From positions 86,793 to 150,792 of the forward strand of contig CAJFCJ010000007.1 in assembly GCA_904063045.1 (NCBI GenBank): DNA of 64,000 nucleotides, read 5' to 3'. This document shows, piece after piece, positions 1-15,164 of the stretch; within the stretch, counting starts at the first letter, position 1, and each line of letters starts with the position of its first letter. The notes under the pieces were generated by a model. It saw only the letters and a list, made by a program, of their open reading frames with translations, was not told the DNA's origin and did no database searches. The position numbers were made by a program, and so were the translations under genes. This stretch comes from Dimorphilus gyrociliatus. Lineage: Eukaryota; Animalia; Annelida.

Positions 1-482
1 GAGAGTATCTGAAGAATTACTTTCAAATATGATGCTATCTTTTGATCAATTACAAATTATTGCTCGAGGTTTGTAAGTAAGGGATACGTTGATGGAGAAG
101 AGGTGAAAGTAACACATTGAAGAAGATATTCTATTTTGTTTTAATTGAAATGTAGAAATACTGTACATTAACAAGAAATTGTAATCAAATTTATGCTTAA
201 AGCAGTAATTATTTATAGCATATAATTTTACATATATAAGCAGAATGTATGAAAGTATTAAAGGAAATCAAAATATATATATATTAATTTATATAAAGCT
301 ACACAATTAAGTTGAATAATAGTTAAAAACTGTTATATTGTATAGCTATGTCTTTTTTAAAATAGCTCAAACAAGCCAAATTAAACGATATAATAAAATC
401 CTTCATGATAAAATAAAAATACTTTTAGAAAGAGGATTTTCATATCAAAGAAAACTCTCTGCTAGCAATTAAACTTTAAAGT

Positions 483-3400
483 CTATAAACAACTTTCATC
501 CACTTCTTTTCCCGAAGAAGCTGGTAATCTGTTATGACTCCTTGACGTTGCACGACTAGAGCTATTTTCGCTAGACTCTTCCATAATCTTTCGTAATTCT
601 TTTGAATACTTGTGTAAATCGGTATTTTGATATTTACCGTCCCTGATAATCTTTGCGCAATTTTTACAAAGAGTACCATCAAATTTGTTGGTGGCATTTG
701 AATAATGGTAATTGGCGTATGACAGTTTAGTCGTTGCTGTTTGAGAGGAGTTAGCACAATTTCTATAGCGAGTTTGATGAGTTGTTGGGTATTTCTGTTG
801 ATTTCTTACAGAATTCTCGCAACATGGGCAAAATTTTTTCAGCATTTTACTACTGAAAAGCACATATATCCATGGATTTACGCAAGCGTTGAAATTTCCC
901 AATAATACGCACACAATGAAAGCTTTTTCTGTACGGAGAATAATAATAATAATAAATATACATTCTTAAAGAATTCTATTAGGCCTATATACTATAGTTG
1001 TTTTTAAACCTAACTTTTAAATTAATTTGCATATACTTGAAGATAAAAGAATAAAATCTAGTTAATTTTGATTTGATAGAATAAAAGATAAAATATTAAA
1101 AAAACAAATATAAGGATGAAACGGAGACAAAGACAGTAAAAGAGAGAGAGAGCCGAATTTCATGAAAAACAATACTGTTAATTAATACTTATCTTTTATC
1201 AAAAGTGTCAAACTAAATAAACAAATCACTTTTTTATATTTAAGTTGATATACTAGCAAGCGTCTACGCCATCTTTGGGATGTTTTACTTATCAGTTATA
1301 TTAAAAAGAATTAGGCGAAACGGTAATTCTCTTTTTTTTTGTTTCACTTGATTAAACTTACAGTTTGAATAATTGTGTAATTAAATCAAAGGCCCTTCAT
1401 TAAGAATGTACTCAAAGTATAATAAAGTATGAATGTTATAAAGCTTCTTCGTCAGCGCTTATAGAAAGAGTTAAATTTGTACGATACTTACCACCAATTA
1501 TCTCCCATTTCGGAGCGATAATCCAAATTAGATGTGTTGCAAAAAATGGACCCCAACACACCAAATAGGTCAGGCAGACGACAATTGCTAATTTAATCGT
1601 CTTCAACTTCGCTTTAGACATAGCTAAATTGCTGTTTTTACGAACTTCCTGAACGGAATCGCACAAACTGCAATTTACTCGGCCCTTGGTTATCACTGAT
1701 ATATGACCCGTTCCGTTAAACTTGTATACAACTGTACCGCAAGCCAATTTTTGAGGATCATTCTTCCAGATTGTATATCCGATTCTTCCATAAAAGTAGA
1801 CAAAAGTGAAAAATGGAATGACATAAATTGTAACAAAAAATAAGCAAGTATATATAGCCACATTTCTATTTGCAACATGATTTCCCCCAAAGTTTGCTTT
1901 GCACGTGTTTTTTATGTCAGGATCCGTAGACCAGATAAACAGTTGCGGTAAAGATAAGAGTCCAGCCGGAATCCACGGTAAAATTATCATCTTAAACCGA
2001 TTTTCGGCAGAAGATAGCTTTTTTAAGGGTCGACATAAAGCCATATAACGGTCATATCCGATAGTAACCAAAATAAATGAGCTTAGAAACATTGATAGTG
2101 TTGTCATGTACTTAAAGTATGAGCCAACTAAATGAATTATGCGTTAAAACGAATGGTTGAGTCTTAATAAAACAGTAGAATATTTTATAGTTTAAACGTT
2201 TGTTTATAGAATAATCAATTATCATGTCGTCAAAATTTCCCTATTTTCCCACAGCGTTTAGATGTTTCTTAATTTTTGTTTTTTTTTTATATATTCCATT
2301 AATTAGGCATAGTAAACTACAAAAATGATATTCTTGTACGATATTTAATAATTGATATGTTATTTTTGTTAAGGGTAAGTAATATAACACCTAAGGCAAT
2401 ACGTTTTTGTATTTTCATATTCGTTTTCATGTTCATTTACAGTTTTGGGATAAGCCATTATCACGCTTGATTAATACTCTCACGAGGTGTTTTCCTTTAA
2501 TTCCAACGACAAAGCATAAATTCCCTCTTACTCACTCGCACACTCGCCCACTTTCCATCTCTGACAATATCTTCTCTCTCGTCTCCCTTCCCCCCCTCTC
2601 TCTCTCTCTTTTATCCTGTACTTCTTTCCCCGCTGTTTTATGCTCATTTATCTACTTCTATTTTAACCTTGCTCGTTACTTCCTGAAAATTTTTTCCCCT
2701 TTCTCTGACTATCTTATAACTATATAACGAAAAACAGATAAGACAAATATTTTAATTAAGCATATATAAAGATAATTTGTAATTTTGCGGGAGAATAAGA
2801 AATATCTTCATCTCAAGTTTTCATATATAATAACTGGATATTTTTGCCATTTCCCTTTTCACGAGAAATATCGTGAAGTATAATGAAACACTACAGTCTA
2901 CTATTCAACTTTTTATCAACGAACCATTAGACATTCACCTACAAACAATATTTGTCTATTCGTCTGTCACTTTATTATTGAAAAGAAAAACATCTCATTT
3001 CGTTCTTTGTTGTCAGAAATGAAAAAAGTTGTAGAAAATGAGTAACGTGTGCTGCAAAATCTCAATTTTTCACCTAAGAAATACTCGACTAAAAGAAAGG
3101 GCAAAAAAGGTAATAATAACTTTATTTAAATAATGAAATTCTTTTATTCTAACAAAAAAAAAGTAGTCTAATTTTATATTAAGACCAAAAGAAATATAGA
3201 CAAAGAGACAAGATGAGAGAGAATGAGTTAATTCTTAGTTAAAGGGACCAGAAGCGGTTATTTAGTACAACTATTAATGTATACTAATATATATATATAT
3301 ACTTAAAGGTGCATATAGACTCTCTGAATTAGAAATCATCAGTACTTCAACAAAAAAGCAAGTATGTAAATCTATAGAAGAAAGCTATTATCTCACCATA

Positions 3401-6400
3401 CTACATATATACATATTTTTTAAGACTAAGAAAAAATGAAATTCAAAGAAGGCTATATAATTTGAAGGAACAAAAAGAAGAAACTATATAATATACAGTA
3501 TACAATACATTAGTAAAATGAAAATATAGGAAATATATATTTTGATAATCTTGCTAGAGTGCACATGTGTTTTAAAGGTAAAATAAACTAAAGCTATGAT
3601 ATGGTTTTGTTATTTGTGATTATTAGAAAAGGCTAGAGTTAAAAAATAATATACAAAAAATATTATCAGGTTACATTAATATGACATAAACAAAGATTTC
3701 AATTTATTATTCAATAGTATAAGTAAATAATCAAATGCTTTTAGAGTGTGTAATATAATACATAACCTTCTTAGTTTTTTTCTACTGGAGACGGGAAATT
3801 TGTGATAATCAAAATAAATTTAATTTTGATTGATAAAGCATGTGTTTTCTTCTTCTTCTTCTTCTTCTTCTTCCGCTTTTTGCTTTTATATTTCTTTATC
3901 TTTTTATTCGATTCTTAGAAAATATAACTATTGTATATACCCTGAGCTAAGTGAATCCATTCAACTTCTTGGCATCTCTCTTGCTGAAAATTTGGATAAA
4001 GAAGAAAACCAGTCATGAAAATCTCAAAGAAATTTTCATTGTATAGGTTTCATTCGTTAGTTATTCTTTCTAGATTGAAAAGGGTATTAGCTTGAGAGTC
4101 TGTGTTCATATCGTAAGATTTAACTGATGTTCGTAACATATGCTAATTAATGAATGAGTAAAAGAATTTATAGAGCATTAGGAGAATAAGAATATCTCAA
4201 ATTCCCCAAGGACTAATTATACGGTTATTTATTACTAATTGAACTCGATTATTTCTACGCGGTAAGCATAATTGCAATAAATTTTCTTGTTAAACAGCGA
4301 AGTAAATAAATTGACCAAATTTGCATTCTTCTATCTCTGCTCTAAATGATCTTACTCTTTCATTTGTCTTTATAATACAAGTTATTTATTTACAAAAAAA
4401 AATCAATAGGATACACTTATAGCCATGAAAACGAAGTTTAATTTTAACATATTTAAGACTAATCGAAAATAATGAACAGTCGCGTAGTTTTTATTCGAAA
4501 AATGTCTTATTTATTAAGAAAGAAAAGAAAAACTTTTAGCATTAAATATATGATTAGCATCCCTCCGGGACAATTATAAGCTTTTAGTAGTAAGCCACAA
4601 GCGATAGTAAAGTTTTTTCTATCTATCTTTCCTTCTTTTTTTTTCCCTCGCTCATTCACTTACTCATGGCGTGCCCCTCGCTTTCTCGCTCTCTCTCTCT
4701 CTCAACCTCTCTATTCCCTTTATCTCACCCTTGCTCTCTATCTTTCCAGCTCATGTTCTTCATCTCTTGTCTTTTAGTTGCAACATTGATTGAAATCGAT
4801 AAATCTGACAAATTTCAATTCTTGACTCACAAATATATAATACGCAGTTTGTATTGTTGTCTTTATATATATTAATAATTGGAAAAATACTGCTATTTCT
4901 GATCTTAAAAAATTATAACCACTTTTTTGTTGTTGATGTCTGCCTTTAAAATAATTAATTCTAAATAAACTTTTCTAAATACTCCATACAAAGAGACTTT
5001 TGAGAAAAGCGTCTTTTCTAGACTTTAGCAATATTTAAAAATTGTAAACGAAATATGATGAGTATTAAATGTTAAAAACTAGTTTCTTAAAGGTTATTCT
5101 CCTATTTGTAGCAAAGTACAAAAGAAGACAAGAAAAAATGAGAAGGAATAAATTAAATAAGTTAATTAGTAACATTAACAGGCTACTATGAATAGTATAC
5201 TGTAATGAGGAATTAAAATATTTCGTTATTAACAGTTAATTAGATATATCATTATACTAATATATATCAATTTATATATAGATATATAGAGTATATATTT
5301 AGAAAAAAAATGCTTTTTTGTATCTCAATTTAGCTTTCTTGCTGTCATTTTGAAAGATTTGTTCGTCGTTCTTTATGCTTTATATCGCAAGGAATCTATA
5401 AGATCTGTTATAAATTTAAGATCTATCTAAACTGCTGTCATATAACCGGTTTAATAATACAATTACTTAAATAACTGCCTGTATTACATGGTTTTTGTAA
5501 AATGCGTCGGTTACTGTAAACGAAGCTTCTTCTGATAAATACATTTATAAAATCGTCTCTAACACTGGGGATGAATTAATGGGTGACGCTAAGTAAGTGT
5601 TATGGCACATATTGGATCCTAATTAAATTTATTTAGGAAATTTTGTTAGAAATAGAAAGAATAAACTATTTTCGGTAATCAAAGTTGATTGATGTAGTTT
5701 GACAGTAAAATAAGATGGAATGGAAAAGTGGGGAGAGGCTATAGAGACGAGGTGGAGAGAAAATAAACTTTTAAGAGTCACTATATGGACTAGTGAAGCG
5801 AGAAACTCCTGAAGGAATAAAACTCTTGGTCAATGCAGTTGCTATAATAATAGATGTGTTAGAGAAAAAGGAATTACTAAGCTGTAAAATATAAAAAGAG
5901 AAAAAATGTTCATTTTCTTTATTCTAAACATGTGAACGGAGTGCTTTCTACCTTTTTCTTCTTTGTCTCTAATATTATATTTTTAATATACAACATGCAT
6001 TTGATAAACAGCTTATAATAGACTTTATTCATTAAAATCTTTTATATTAATGATTTCTATGTTAATTAGGGTTCAAAGGTTTTGACATAATGTCAATTTT
6101 CATATTTTTCGGATAATTGACTTTGAAAAATTTTCCCTTTAATGATTCTATTATTATTACTGTTTAATAGTATTAATGGTATGGTACTCTTTCTATATCT
6201 ATTAATTTGTATTAAGGGTTTTTTATACTATATACACTTGACATAATACTTTGAATATTCTTTAATATTTGATGGATAATTAGATAATTAAGAGATTATA
6301 TTACTTTATAGGAAAAAAATTATTTTGACTCATACTTTAACGAATTTACAGCAACCATTAGAACCGTAAAATAATAATATGCTCTCATCGTATTGGCTCG

Positions 6401-6638
6401 CGTACTGCAGACAGTGCTCGATCAATTGCGGTCCAACCTGAAAAATTGCTACGAGCAGGTCGGCCAAGCATAAATGGAGGATTAGGACGTGAATTCTGCT
6501 CGTTTTTCTTTTTTGCAGTAATAGTAAAGTAACAAGAAAGAAGTTTGCAAAAACAATAAAACAGAATAGAATTGCTTGAACAACAACTTCAGTTAATCTA
6601 TTATCAATTCGAGTTGGAATTGTCGAATTGTTCGACAT
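483..6638 (-). CDS. Vasopressin/oxytocin (vasotocin)-family neuropeptide GPCR, 3 coding exons, about 455 aa
   Basis: Exons 6638-6336 (donor GTATGA, phase 0), 2110-1492 (acceptor TTTAAG, donor GTAAGT, phase 1) and 928-483 (acceptor CGTACAG) join in frame, 1368 nt in total. Family motifs: TM2 HLCLADLLVAIFQVGPQL, TM3 CKFVKY...GYDRY, TM4 LSLPQLFIW, TM6 CWGPFF, TM7 LLGNFNACVNPWIY, and a CPCC tail. The intron between TM6 and TM7 is the position typical of this receptor family. An acceptor 12 nt before the ATG (6651) implies an upstream non-coding exon. Confidence 0.93.
3848..3873. repeat. (TCT)n trinucleotide repeat
   Basis: Tandem TCT units in the receptor intron. Confidence 0.9.
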
Positions 6639-7303
6639 GATGAAAAGAATCTGTAAAAATTGACTATTGTGAAATATTTATTAACGTTGGTCAATGAGAT
6701 TCTTATGATACAACTTGAATGACTTATTGATTTATAGACAAAATTATTTTAACACTTTTCTAGCTTTCATGAATTCTAAATATCTTTTTTATAAAAAATA
6801 ATACTTTCTAGTTCATAATATATAGCAGAGCTTGTCTGGGATAGTCTACATTCGTTAATCCTCTTAAAGGATTAATAGAACAACTTTTATTGGCCATTAA
6901 TTTGTCGTTGGTCCAAGAAATCTATCATTTACACATGCGAATGATTTCCTTTTTCTCTGCACTTTTCTACATCCTTAGCTTTCTTCCTTAGTCTTAAAAA
7001 AGACTAAGAGAAAAATTTAACATTTTCAAAAGTTTTATTAAAATTTTTAGAGTTCAACGGAAAAGGTAATAAGCACTATTAAAAAAGTTAAAAGTGAAAA
7101 CAACTTACTTAACCGTTGAAACGTGATCAACCCTATGAGAAAGAACTAGATTCTCAATGACGCTCTTGATAGTTGTTTGTTCAGGGCAAGAATTTTAGCC
7201 ATTTTCAAATAATGCTACCTAATCTTTTTCTCACATATAATTGCTCAAATTCCCTTTGGTTATCCTTCCTTTTTTTCTTCTTTTTCGTACTCTTCTCCTC
7301 CTC

Positions 7304-7334
<31 letters not shown>

Positions 7335-10300
7335 TTTCTTTTTTTTTGCTCTCTCTCGTCCTTTTTTGGTTTTTCTTTTTCACTTGATCATTAACACAGT
7401 TTCACAATATCCTTGTCTTTAGCTCTTGCTCTCCTCTCGAACTCTTTCTGCTCACTCGTTCTTTCCCTATAACATAATTTTCTTTCTTTTCCCGTCAGGG
7501 GGGGTAGGAAGCAGTTTGGCTAGATGGCAGTCTTCGGTGAAGGGTAAAACGATATTATTGGATCTTCTCTGTCCAATTGTATACCAATTTAGAAGAAACT
7601 TCTAAAAAAAATAATAATAAATATGAACTCAGCCAACAGTTATCAGTTATCAATCTTCTGCATAGGTCATATTTTGTCTGTAATGCAATTCATCTACAAC
7701 CTAATGACTAACCTTTCAAAAATTTATCTTAGTTAAAAGTTATATAATTTAAAAGACCCTGCACTTGTGTCAATGTGACAAACAAAGAAACAAAACGAAA
7801 CGTTTTTTTCTTGAGTATTTGGTGTTTATAAAATTTAAAGATAATATCTTGTTCTGAGTATAGTATGTATAGAAACAGCTTGGTTAGAGGGCATGCTGGA
7901 TTCGATTTTCCAACAAAATTGACATTTTTAATACGGGACCGACCTAAATAGACAGGTGCGCTTAGATTTAAAGGGTTGTGTTTTGTACTTAAATATTTAG
8001 TTAAAAAGAAAAAAATTCCAGCACTTTTGTATAATCTTATTCCACCGTGTGTATCAATTCAGTAGACCATAATAATAACAACTGAAGGACCAATATATAC
8101 TCCCTTTTAGCCCCTTTTAACTCAAATGCACGAAGGAAATAACAATTTAACCTCGTAAAGTTACAATAGAAACCTAAGGTACGAGTTTTTTAATTTAATT
8201 CCCTATTTTTTAAATTTCTATCAATTAAAATAAATTTATTCAGATCAAAGATTTTCAATTTTCTTACATAAATAAAAAAGAGAAAATATCAAAAGAGAAA
8301 AAGAGAGTGAAAAGGTAAATTTATGTAAATTAGTGGTCTATAATTTGTTATCCTTTTCATTATACAAAAAGAGATTCATCATGTTGTATGTTCTTCAGAT
8401 ATAAAGAGAAGATAGATTCTTGAATCGCTTCTATGTGTTAATATAAGGAAATTTAAAATTCTTGAAGAGGAGACTTAATGTAGTTTTGTGTTTAAGTATA
8501 CTTACTGTTCTTTTTTATATGTATATACTGTACATATACTGTATATTGTGCGCGTGTATATGAAACGTAATAAATTTTTAGGTTGTCTCTTCTAGACATA
8601 TCAACCGTTCAACCGTAAACAATTACGAAATCCATAACCCTATCATTCTTATTTTTTCGGCTTAATAATAAACTAATTGTCCGAATATTTCTCTTCAGCC
8701 TGTTTCTCTATTCATTTCTTTATATCTTCAAAAATACCACCACCGCCACCGTGTGTCACGCCACAACTGTTGTATATTTATGAACCCGAAAAATGGCATT
8801 TAAGAGGTAAAATTCATAACCATGCGAACTGTAAATTATGTGTTTATATATACAGTATATATATATGTATATATATATATATTAGTATATACAATTAAAT
8901 GAATAAAAATCTGCTATAAAATGATTTAAGACTGTATATCTACCTACACAAAGGTATTTTTACATTCCCTCTCTTTTCCCCACCCTTTACTCTATCTGGA
9001 ATACAATAACCCTTGAACGCGGTAAAATAAAATCGTATTAACAACTAAAATGGCTTGCCATTGATAAAAAAAATTTAGTATCGAGTTCACGCGTCAATTG
9101 TTGTAGCATTGAAATTGCTTTAGAATTTAAGGTTTTTGAATTTTTACCTGTCTAAGAAAACAGAACTTCTCTTTCTAATAATTATTTTTTTATATTATAT
9201 ATATATATATATATTTATATAAATATGTATTTAGTTTACATTATAATGAGAAATATAGTCCTTTTTAATTGACTTTATTCCAAATTCTAATCATTTCAAT
9301 GCGTGATTTGTTTGTTAATCAAGCACAGGCTGTGTTAATTATATAAATAAACATGATCTTGTACAGGATGAACAGCTCATGAGTTGTTAACAAATGCTTT
9401 TCTTCAGTTGCATACTGTAATTTCGAATAAGTATACAAATTAAATGGACGTATTTCTAAACTACATTTTTTAGGTTGATGTTAAGTATGTACTGCCAATA
9501 CTGTATAGTGCAATAAGTATTGTATATATAATACGTCAGTTTGTTGTAAGGAATTAAACGAATAAAATTAATAGTAATGTAGCACATATAGATAATTTTA
9601 CAAGTAATTCTTGAAAACGTGTCAATACAAGTTATATTTGCAAAATATAAGAATACATGTAAATATACTAATATATATGATTAGTATATATACAATATAC
9701 AGTATATACATATATATATATATTTATGATAAATGCAATTGTAACAATATATAAATTTTCCTGGATAATGTAGACTTTACCAACAGCATGTTTTTTGACA
9801 AACCAGATTTTGCGGGGTTTGGTTTTTTTAAAAGGAAGAATAAATGAGTTAATTTGCAGCATTTACCTCTTTTATTGCGTTTGTTCTGATATAAATATTT
9901 ATGCGTTTCAAAGTAGTATACTATTATCCTAACAGTATTGATAAGCCATTAAATAGTCAACAGCGACATTTTGATCTATTTTGGGAAACTTAACTTTTCA
10001 AGTTGCTTTCAAATAGACAATGCAAATCAGTCTTTTAGTCTAGTCTTTTAGAAAAAAATTGAAATATTTACGTAGTAAGTTAGCCCAATATATATATGCA
10101 ATAATAAAGTTTAAATATTCTTATATTTATTCAATCAAGATTTTTTAATTCATATTCACCACAAAATGCTATAAGTTATATTGAAAAAAAAAGTCTTGTA
10201 ATCTATTAATCTCTTTAAAAAGAACGACTAACAAATAGATACCTTTATTACAAATGTGTTTATATAGCTGTAACTTTGTGTTTATCACGCGAAAACAGAC

Positions 10301-10549
10301 GACTATGACATATGAATATATGTGTATATATAATTTAATAATTATTAAATAATTGTTGTACCATCATATTTAGATTTTAGAATAAATATCATATTTTTTC
10401 AAAGATATTAAAATGTAACAATTAACTGGAATTAATTAATTCTAAAATAATTCATTTTACTTCTATTATGTAAAGGAAATGTCAATTTTTTATAATGATT
10501 AATTGCAGGTTGATAGAGAATTGTTCTCCTTAAGAAATATCTATTATTC

Positions 10550-10555
<6 letters not shown>

Positions 10556-10591
<36 letters not shown>
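10556..10591. repeat. (TA)n microsatellite
   Basis: Uninterrupted TA run. Confidence 0.95.
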
Positions 10592-10596
<5 letters not shown>

Positions 10597-10925
10597 ATAA
10601 GAAAGAATCTATAACCTAATTTTTATCATTTTCAATCGGCGAACTTTTCGTAAATCGTAAATCAATATATATTATTACTAACCGATTCATCAAAAAGCTT
10701 TTCTTATATAGAATATTCAAGCTATTTATGACAGTATGAAAAGGAATGGAAAAAATAACAAGAATATCTTTGCTATCCTAATCGTTTAGATCAATGCTCT
10801 ATTTCTATTTTAGTCATTAACTACCGAATACATTATGCATTCTGTTTATTTTAATGTGACATATATTACTAAATATAAGTGTATATATATGTCAGACGGT
10901 GATAATGAAAGAGAATAAGCTCTGC

Positions 10926-10956
<31 letters not shown>

Positions 10957-11770
10957 AGTTTACTTAGAAATATGTAATCTATACAATGTATATATTTTAC
11001 GACAGAATAGCACTCTCCTTATCATTCTATATTGTTAAATATTCTTTTCTCCATATTTTTTTTAATAGTAATTTCATATATCAATTGGAATGTTTCGTCC
11101 ATAGCTGTTAAACCTTTCCTATAAAGTTAGCAGACCCGTAGTTGGCGATTTATCTATTGCAAGACAACTACCGACACTGCTATACGTATAGAAAAGATAT
11201 GGCTGAAAGAAATATCGCATTGAAATCTCCTCATAAAATCTCTTAAACCAAAAGATATCTTTAACAACTGTATATAAAAAAATTTAAGATAAATTTTCTA
11301 TTAAACATACCAATTCTCTTATTTGAAGAAATTTCGTAGTTGATTGTACGATGTGTTACAACGAAGTGAATAAGAATTGAAGAAACATTTTGAAAGGCGC
11401 CAACCAGTAGACCGTTGATGATCAATGGATCATTTCGATTCCTCATTCGAAATAGCATTTACCTCAAATACCTATTATCACTCTTTTATCAAGCATATTA
11501 TCTTATCTAATTTTATGGTATTTCATATTTTTATTAATAAATACATTTTTAAATTTTTTAATATAGATTCCATTTCGGTAAGTTGAATTTTATTTTGGGC
11601 GATATTAGCCAGAGCACAGCCTTCAATATTCTGCCTAAAATTCGTTTAAGGCTGTTACATTGTGATAGCGCCGCCGTTGTTGAATAGGTATTCAAGTCGC
11701 TACAGACATTTTTCGGCTTTTTATAATTTGAATGGCTGACAGTGAGCAATGGCTTTTTTTCATACAAGCA

Positions 11771-11775
<5 letters not shown>

Positions 11776-11814
<39 letters not shown>
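11776..11814. repeat. (AG)n microsatellite
   Basis: Uninterrupted AG run. Similar CT/AG tracts occur near 7303-7328, 13905-13932, 34626-34658 and 61058-61086. Confidence 0.95.
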
Positions 11815-11821
<7 letters not shown>

Positions 11822-12266
11822 TATAACAGAAGGACTAAACAATGGGGAAAAAAGGCTATATCATGTTTTGCCTATTTTAATTGAAAGTAAAATCTTTATA
11901 ATAAAATTTTATCTCTTTTAATTTTATTTGTTATAAATATAAATACTAGTTTTTTGGCAATTTTCACATTTTTTATCAAAAAAAGAGAGAGAAAAGATAA
12001 AATTTAAAATAAAAAAACAAAACAAGGAGGAGACTAGAAAGATGTTTTCCTGAAAACCGATATGGTGTTGATTTAATGTCAACGTCCTCTCCCTTACATG
12101 CATCGGGTCAATTGGAATTGATTTTTTTTTTTTTTGTTTTGGAAGTTTTTCTTTTAAAAATTTCTTTTCTCTTCTTGCTTGAGATCTTTTCTATTTTTCT
12201 AGATCTTTTTGTTGTACAGTACTCTCATTCTATATCCTTTTGTCTATCTCGCGCTTATATATATAG

Positions 12267-12267
<1 letters not shown>

Positions 12268-12309
<42 letters not shown>
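12268..12309. repeat. (TA)n microsatellite
   Basis: Uninterrupted TA run ending in TACTGTA. Other long TA runs occur near 10929, 25768, 34457, 42743, 46900, 47823, 56480 and 60690. Confidence 0.95.
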
Positions 12310-12310
<1 letters not shown>

Positions 12311-13900
12311 TGTATATACATCTACACCCACGACTTTGATTCCTAAATCTCTTACCTTTCCTGCTTTATTACACATGTACCTCTTAACGCGCCAATATTG
12401 TATTAGCGCCATCTATACCTCACGACAAATAGTTGTTGTTTTGAGCCCTAAGGCTAATGCCCTTCTCAAATCTCTGTACTTTCACTCCCTTCTCATAACT
12501 CCAAGTTCCTTTCTTATTCGTTCTCAATACCCTATTTTTAAGCTGTTCTCTAACGATTTACTTTATTATCCTTTCCAACATACTTGATTACATTTCATCT
12601 TACTACTATATACCTCCAGTATTAAAAGTCCACTTTTTTATTATACATAATGGTTTCATTGTAAAAGGGAAAAATATTTACAATAGAATAAAATTAAAAA
12701 GGATTTATTTCATCATGGATATTGCCCTTTCTTTAATTTTATTTTAAGAGTTAATTATTCACAAAAAGAAATACATGTTTCAGATATTTTCTGTCGTTGT
12801 AAGAAAATAATTAATTAAACTATAAGGGAAAATTTAAAGCAAAATATATACTCTATAAATACAATATGTAAAGCTGTTTATGACTTCTATCTAAAGGAGA
12901 ACAGATTTAATTTTAATAAAAATAAAACAGTACTGGATAATTAATTTCCATTTAAGAATTAGAGTAAAAAGACGGATGTATCTTCCTTAAAAAAAAATGT
13001 CATCTTAAAAATTTTCAAAACCATTATTACATTACATTATTCTATAAATATAATCAATTATTTAAAAAGCTGACGAAATCTTTACACGAACTACTTTACT
13101 TTATTTCAATACGAAAATTTTGGAGTTGAGTTTTACCTTTCATCAACTTCAGAAATATTATCTTTTCCTAATATTATTTTTACTACAAAATGCATCGATT
13201 AGATATTTTTAACTTAAAATGAAGAGAAAGATAGAAAGAGAGAGAGAGAGAGAGAAAAGAAAAATTATTTTAATCTATTTTCAAGAAAGAATCTATAAAT
13301 ATTGAACGAAAAAACTAAGGAAATTATAAAAATATTAATTATATCATTAACTTTCTCTCGTTTTGAATATTTTACAAATTTCTCTGCCACTATATACAGT
13401 ATGATTGCTTCCTTGAAGTGTTCCTAGCGAGATTAATTATATTAGAGCCACGTGTAATAGATATAATATTCTATTTTAATTTGTGACTAATTTTAAATAT
13501 TGATTAAAAATCTAAATATACTACTCACACCATTATTACAAATATTATGTATTAATTTATAAATTAACGTCATTTTGTCATTTTATACATTAAAAACTTT
13601 TTATCATTATTATTATTTTGCACGGAAACGATAAATTTGTAACTAATTACATAGTAGATCCCTTTTAAAACTATCCATGTTAAACGATCGTGCTATCTCT
13701 GATTTTTATTCCTCAACAGCTGTCTATTCCAATAATGTTTATAAATAACAACTTTCATAAGCAAACTCGTTAAACAGAGCAATTTTAATATTATAGACTA
13801 TTCTCTTTGTTATTTCTTTTCATCCCATGTTTCAATATGCTGCAAAAGCTTTGTCTCTGTCTACAAACTATCATCTATCATCATTCTCTACTGCCCATTT

Positions 13901-13940
<40 letters not shown>

Positions 13941-15164
13941 AGTTTGTCTTTATCCCTTTTTCTCTCCCTCTCTTGTTTTGACTATCCCCTCGATTGTTCC
14001 GTCTATAGTTAACAAATAATACTATCATTTAGATTTTTCCACTTGATTATTTCTCATCATACAATAATTAAAGCTAATAATTCTTTAAGAAGCTGGATTG
14101 ATAAGCGAGATACTGCTTTTAAATGACGATATTACGCAATATCGGTATTTTATAGTACGTATGCAATTAAAAGAAAACGCAATACAAAAGCCTAAATTAT
14201 GCCTAAAGTTTTCAGTTTTGATGTCAGGTGTTATGTATTGTTTAATAAAGGAAGTACTTAAAGAACAGTGTCTTCAGTTTCAAGTATATAGAATTTACCA
14301 ATTTTGAATGTAGCTAGTGACATCTTGCGACAATACAAGATAATTTACTAGTCAAATTCTAGTTTTAATTAACATAAGAAATTGTAACTAACTTAATTAG
14401 CCAGAAAAAATAAGCATGAAATAAATAATTCAATCTCTAAATTAATGAAAGAAAAGATACCATTAGAGATATTTTCAACTGATCTCAGTTAATATTAAAA
14501 TCGATTCATTAATAAAATCCCTTTCTTTATTTTATTGTTTTGCAATTTTAAATGATTTAGTTTAAACAGGCCTAAGATATTAATAACGTGGGTGTCTTAA
14601 TCCAACTCTTTCAAAAAATATCATATCTTTATTCAAGCTTTGACTCAAATACCTATTACTAAATGCAATAGTATATGCAGGTATATATATAGAGATAGAT
14701 ATATATATACAGTATATTGCATACAAAGTGTTCTCGAGTTCAGCCTGAAATACTATATACTTATTATAGGTTGGTAAAGTAATAAAATAGATATAAATTG
14801 TTACTTATGATAGAAGTAACTATTTAAAAAACGAAACTATGAAGTGTTTTCAATTAAGAGAATAAGTGAAATTTATTACAAAAAGGTAAATAAGCTACAA
14901 CCAGTCTGTTTAAAGAAACGATCATTAAAGGATTGAAAGGAAAGAGAAAAATTAAGAGGAAAAAAAGGAAGGAGAAAGAAGCTACACGAAAGAAAGGACA
15001 GTTTAAACAGAAAGAAAAAAGAAGCGGATTGAAGCAGAGAGAGAGAGAGAGCGCGATAGACTTTCGAGAAATATGCGCTTTTCTTGGTGCAAAGATTAAA
15101 GGATTGTTAAGAGTGATAGAGGCTAGAAAAGTTAGAAGCAAAACACATTATAGAAAACATCATT

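Noticed and set aside
476-757. 93-aa ORF overlapping the receptor's last exon; likewise 1693-1890, 32149-32370, 45060-45266, 45385-45630, 58242-58436 and 58509-58694
   Set aside because: Alternative-frame or antisense by-products of real coding exons.
3900-4060. Short coding-looking stretch in the receptor intron (possible TE remnant)
   Set aside because: No diagnostic transposase or RT motif could be confirmed.
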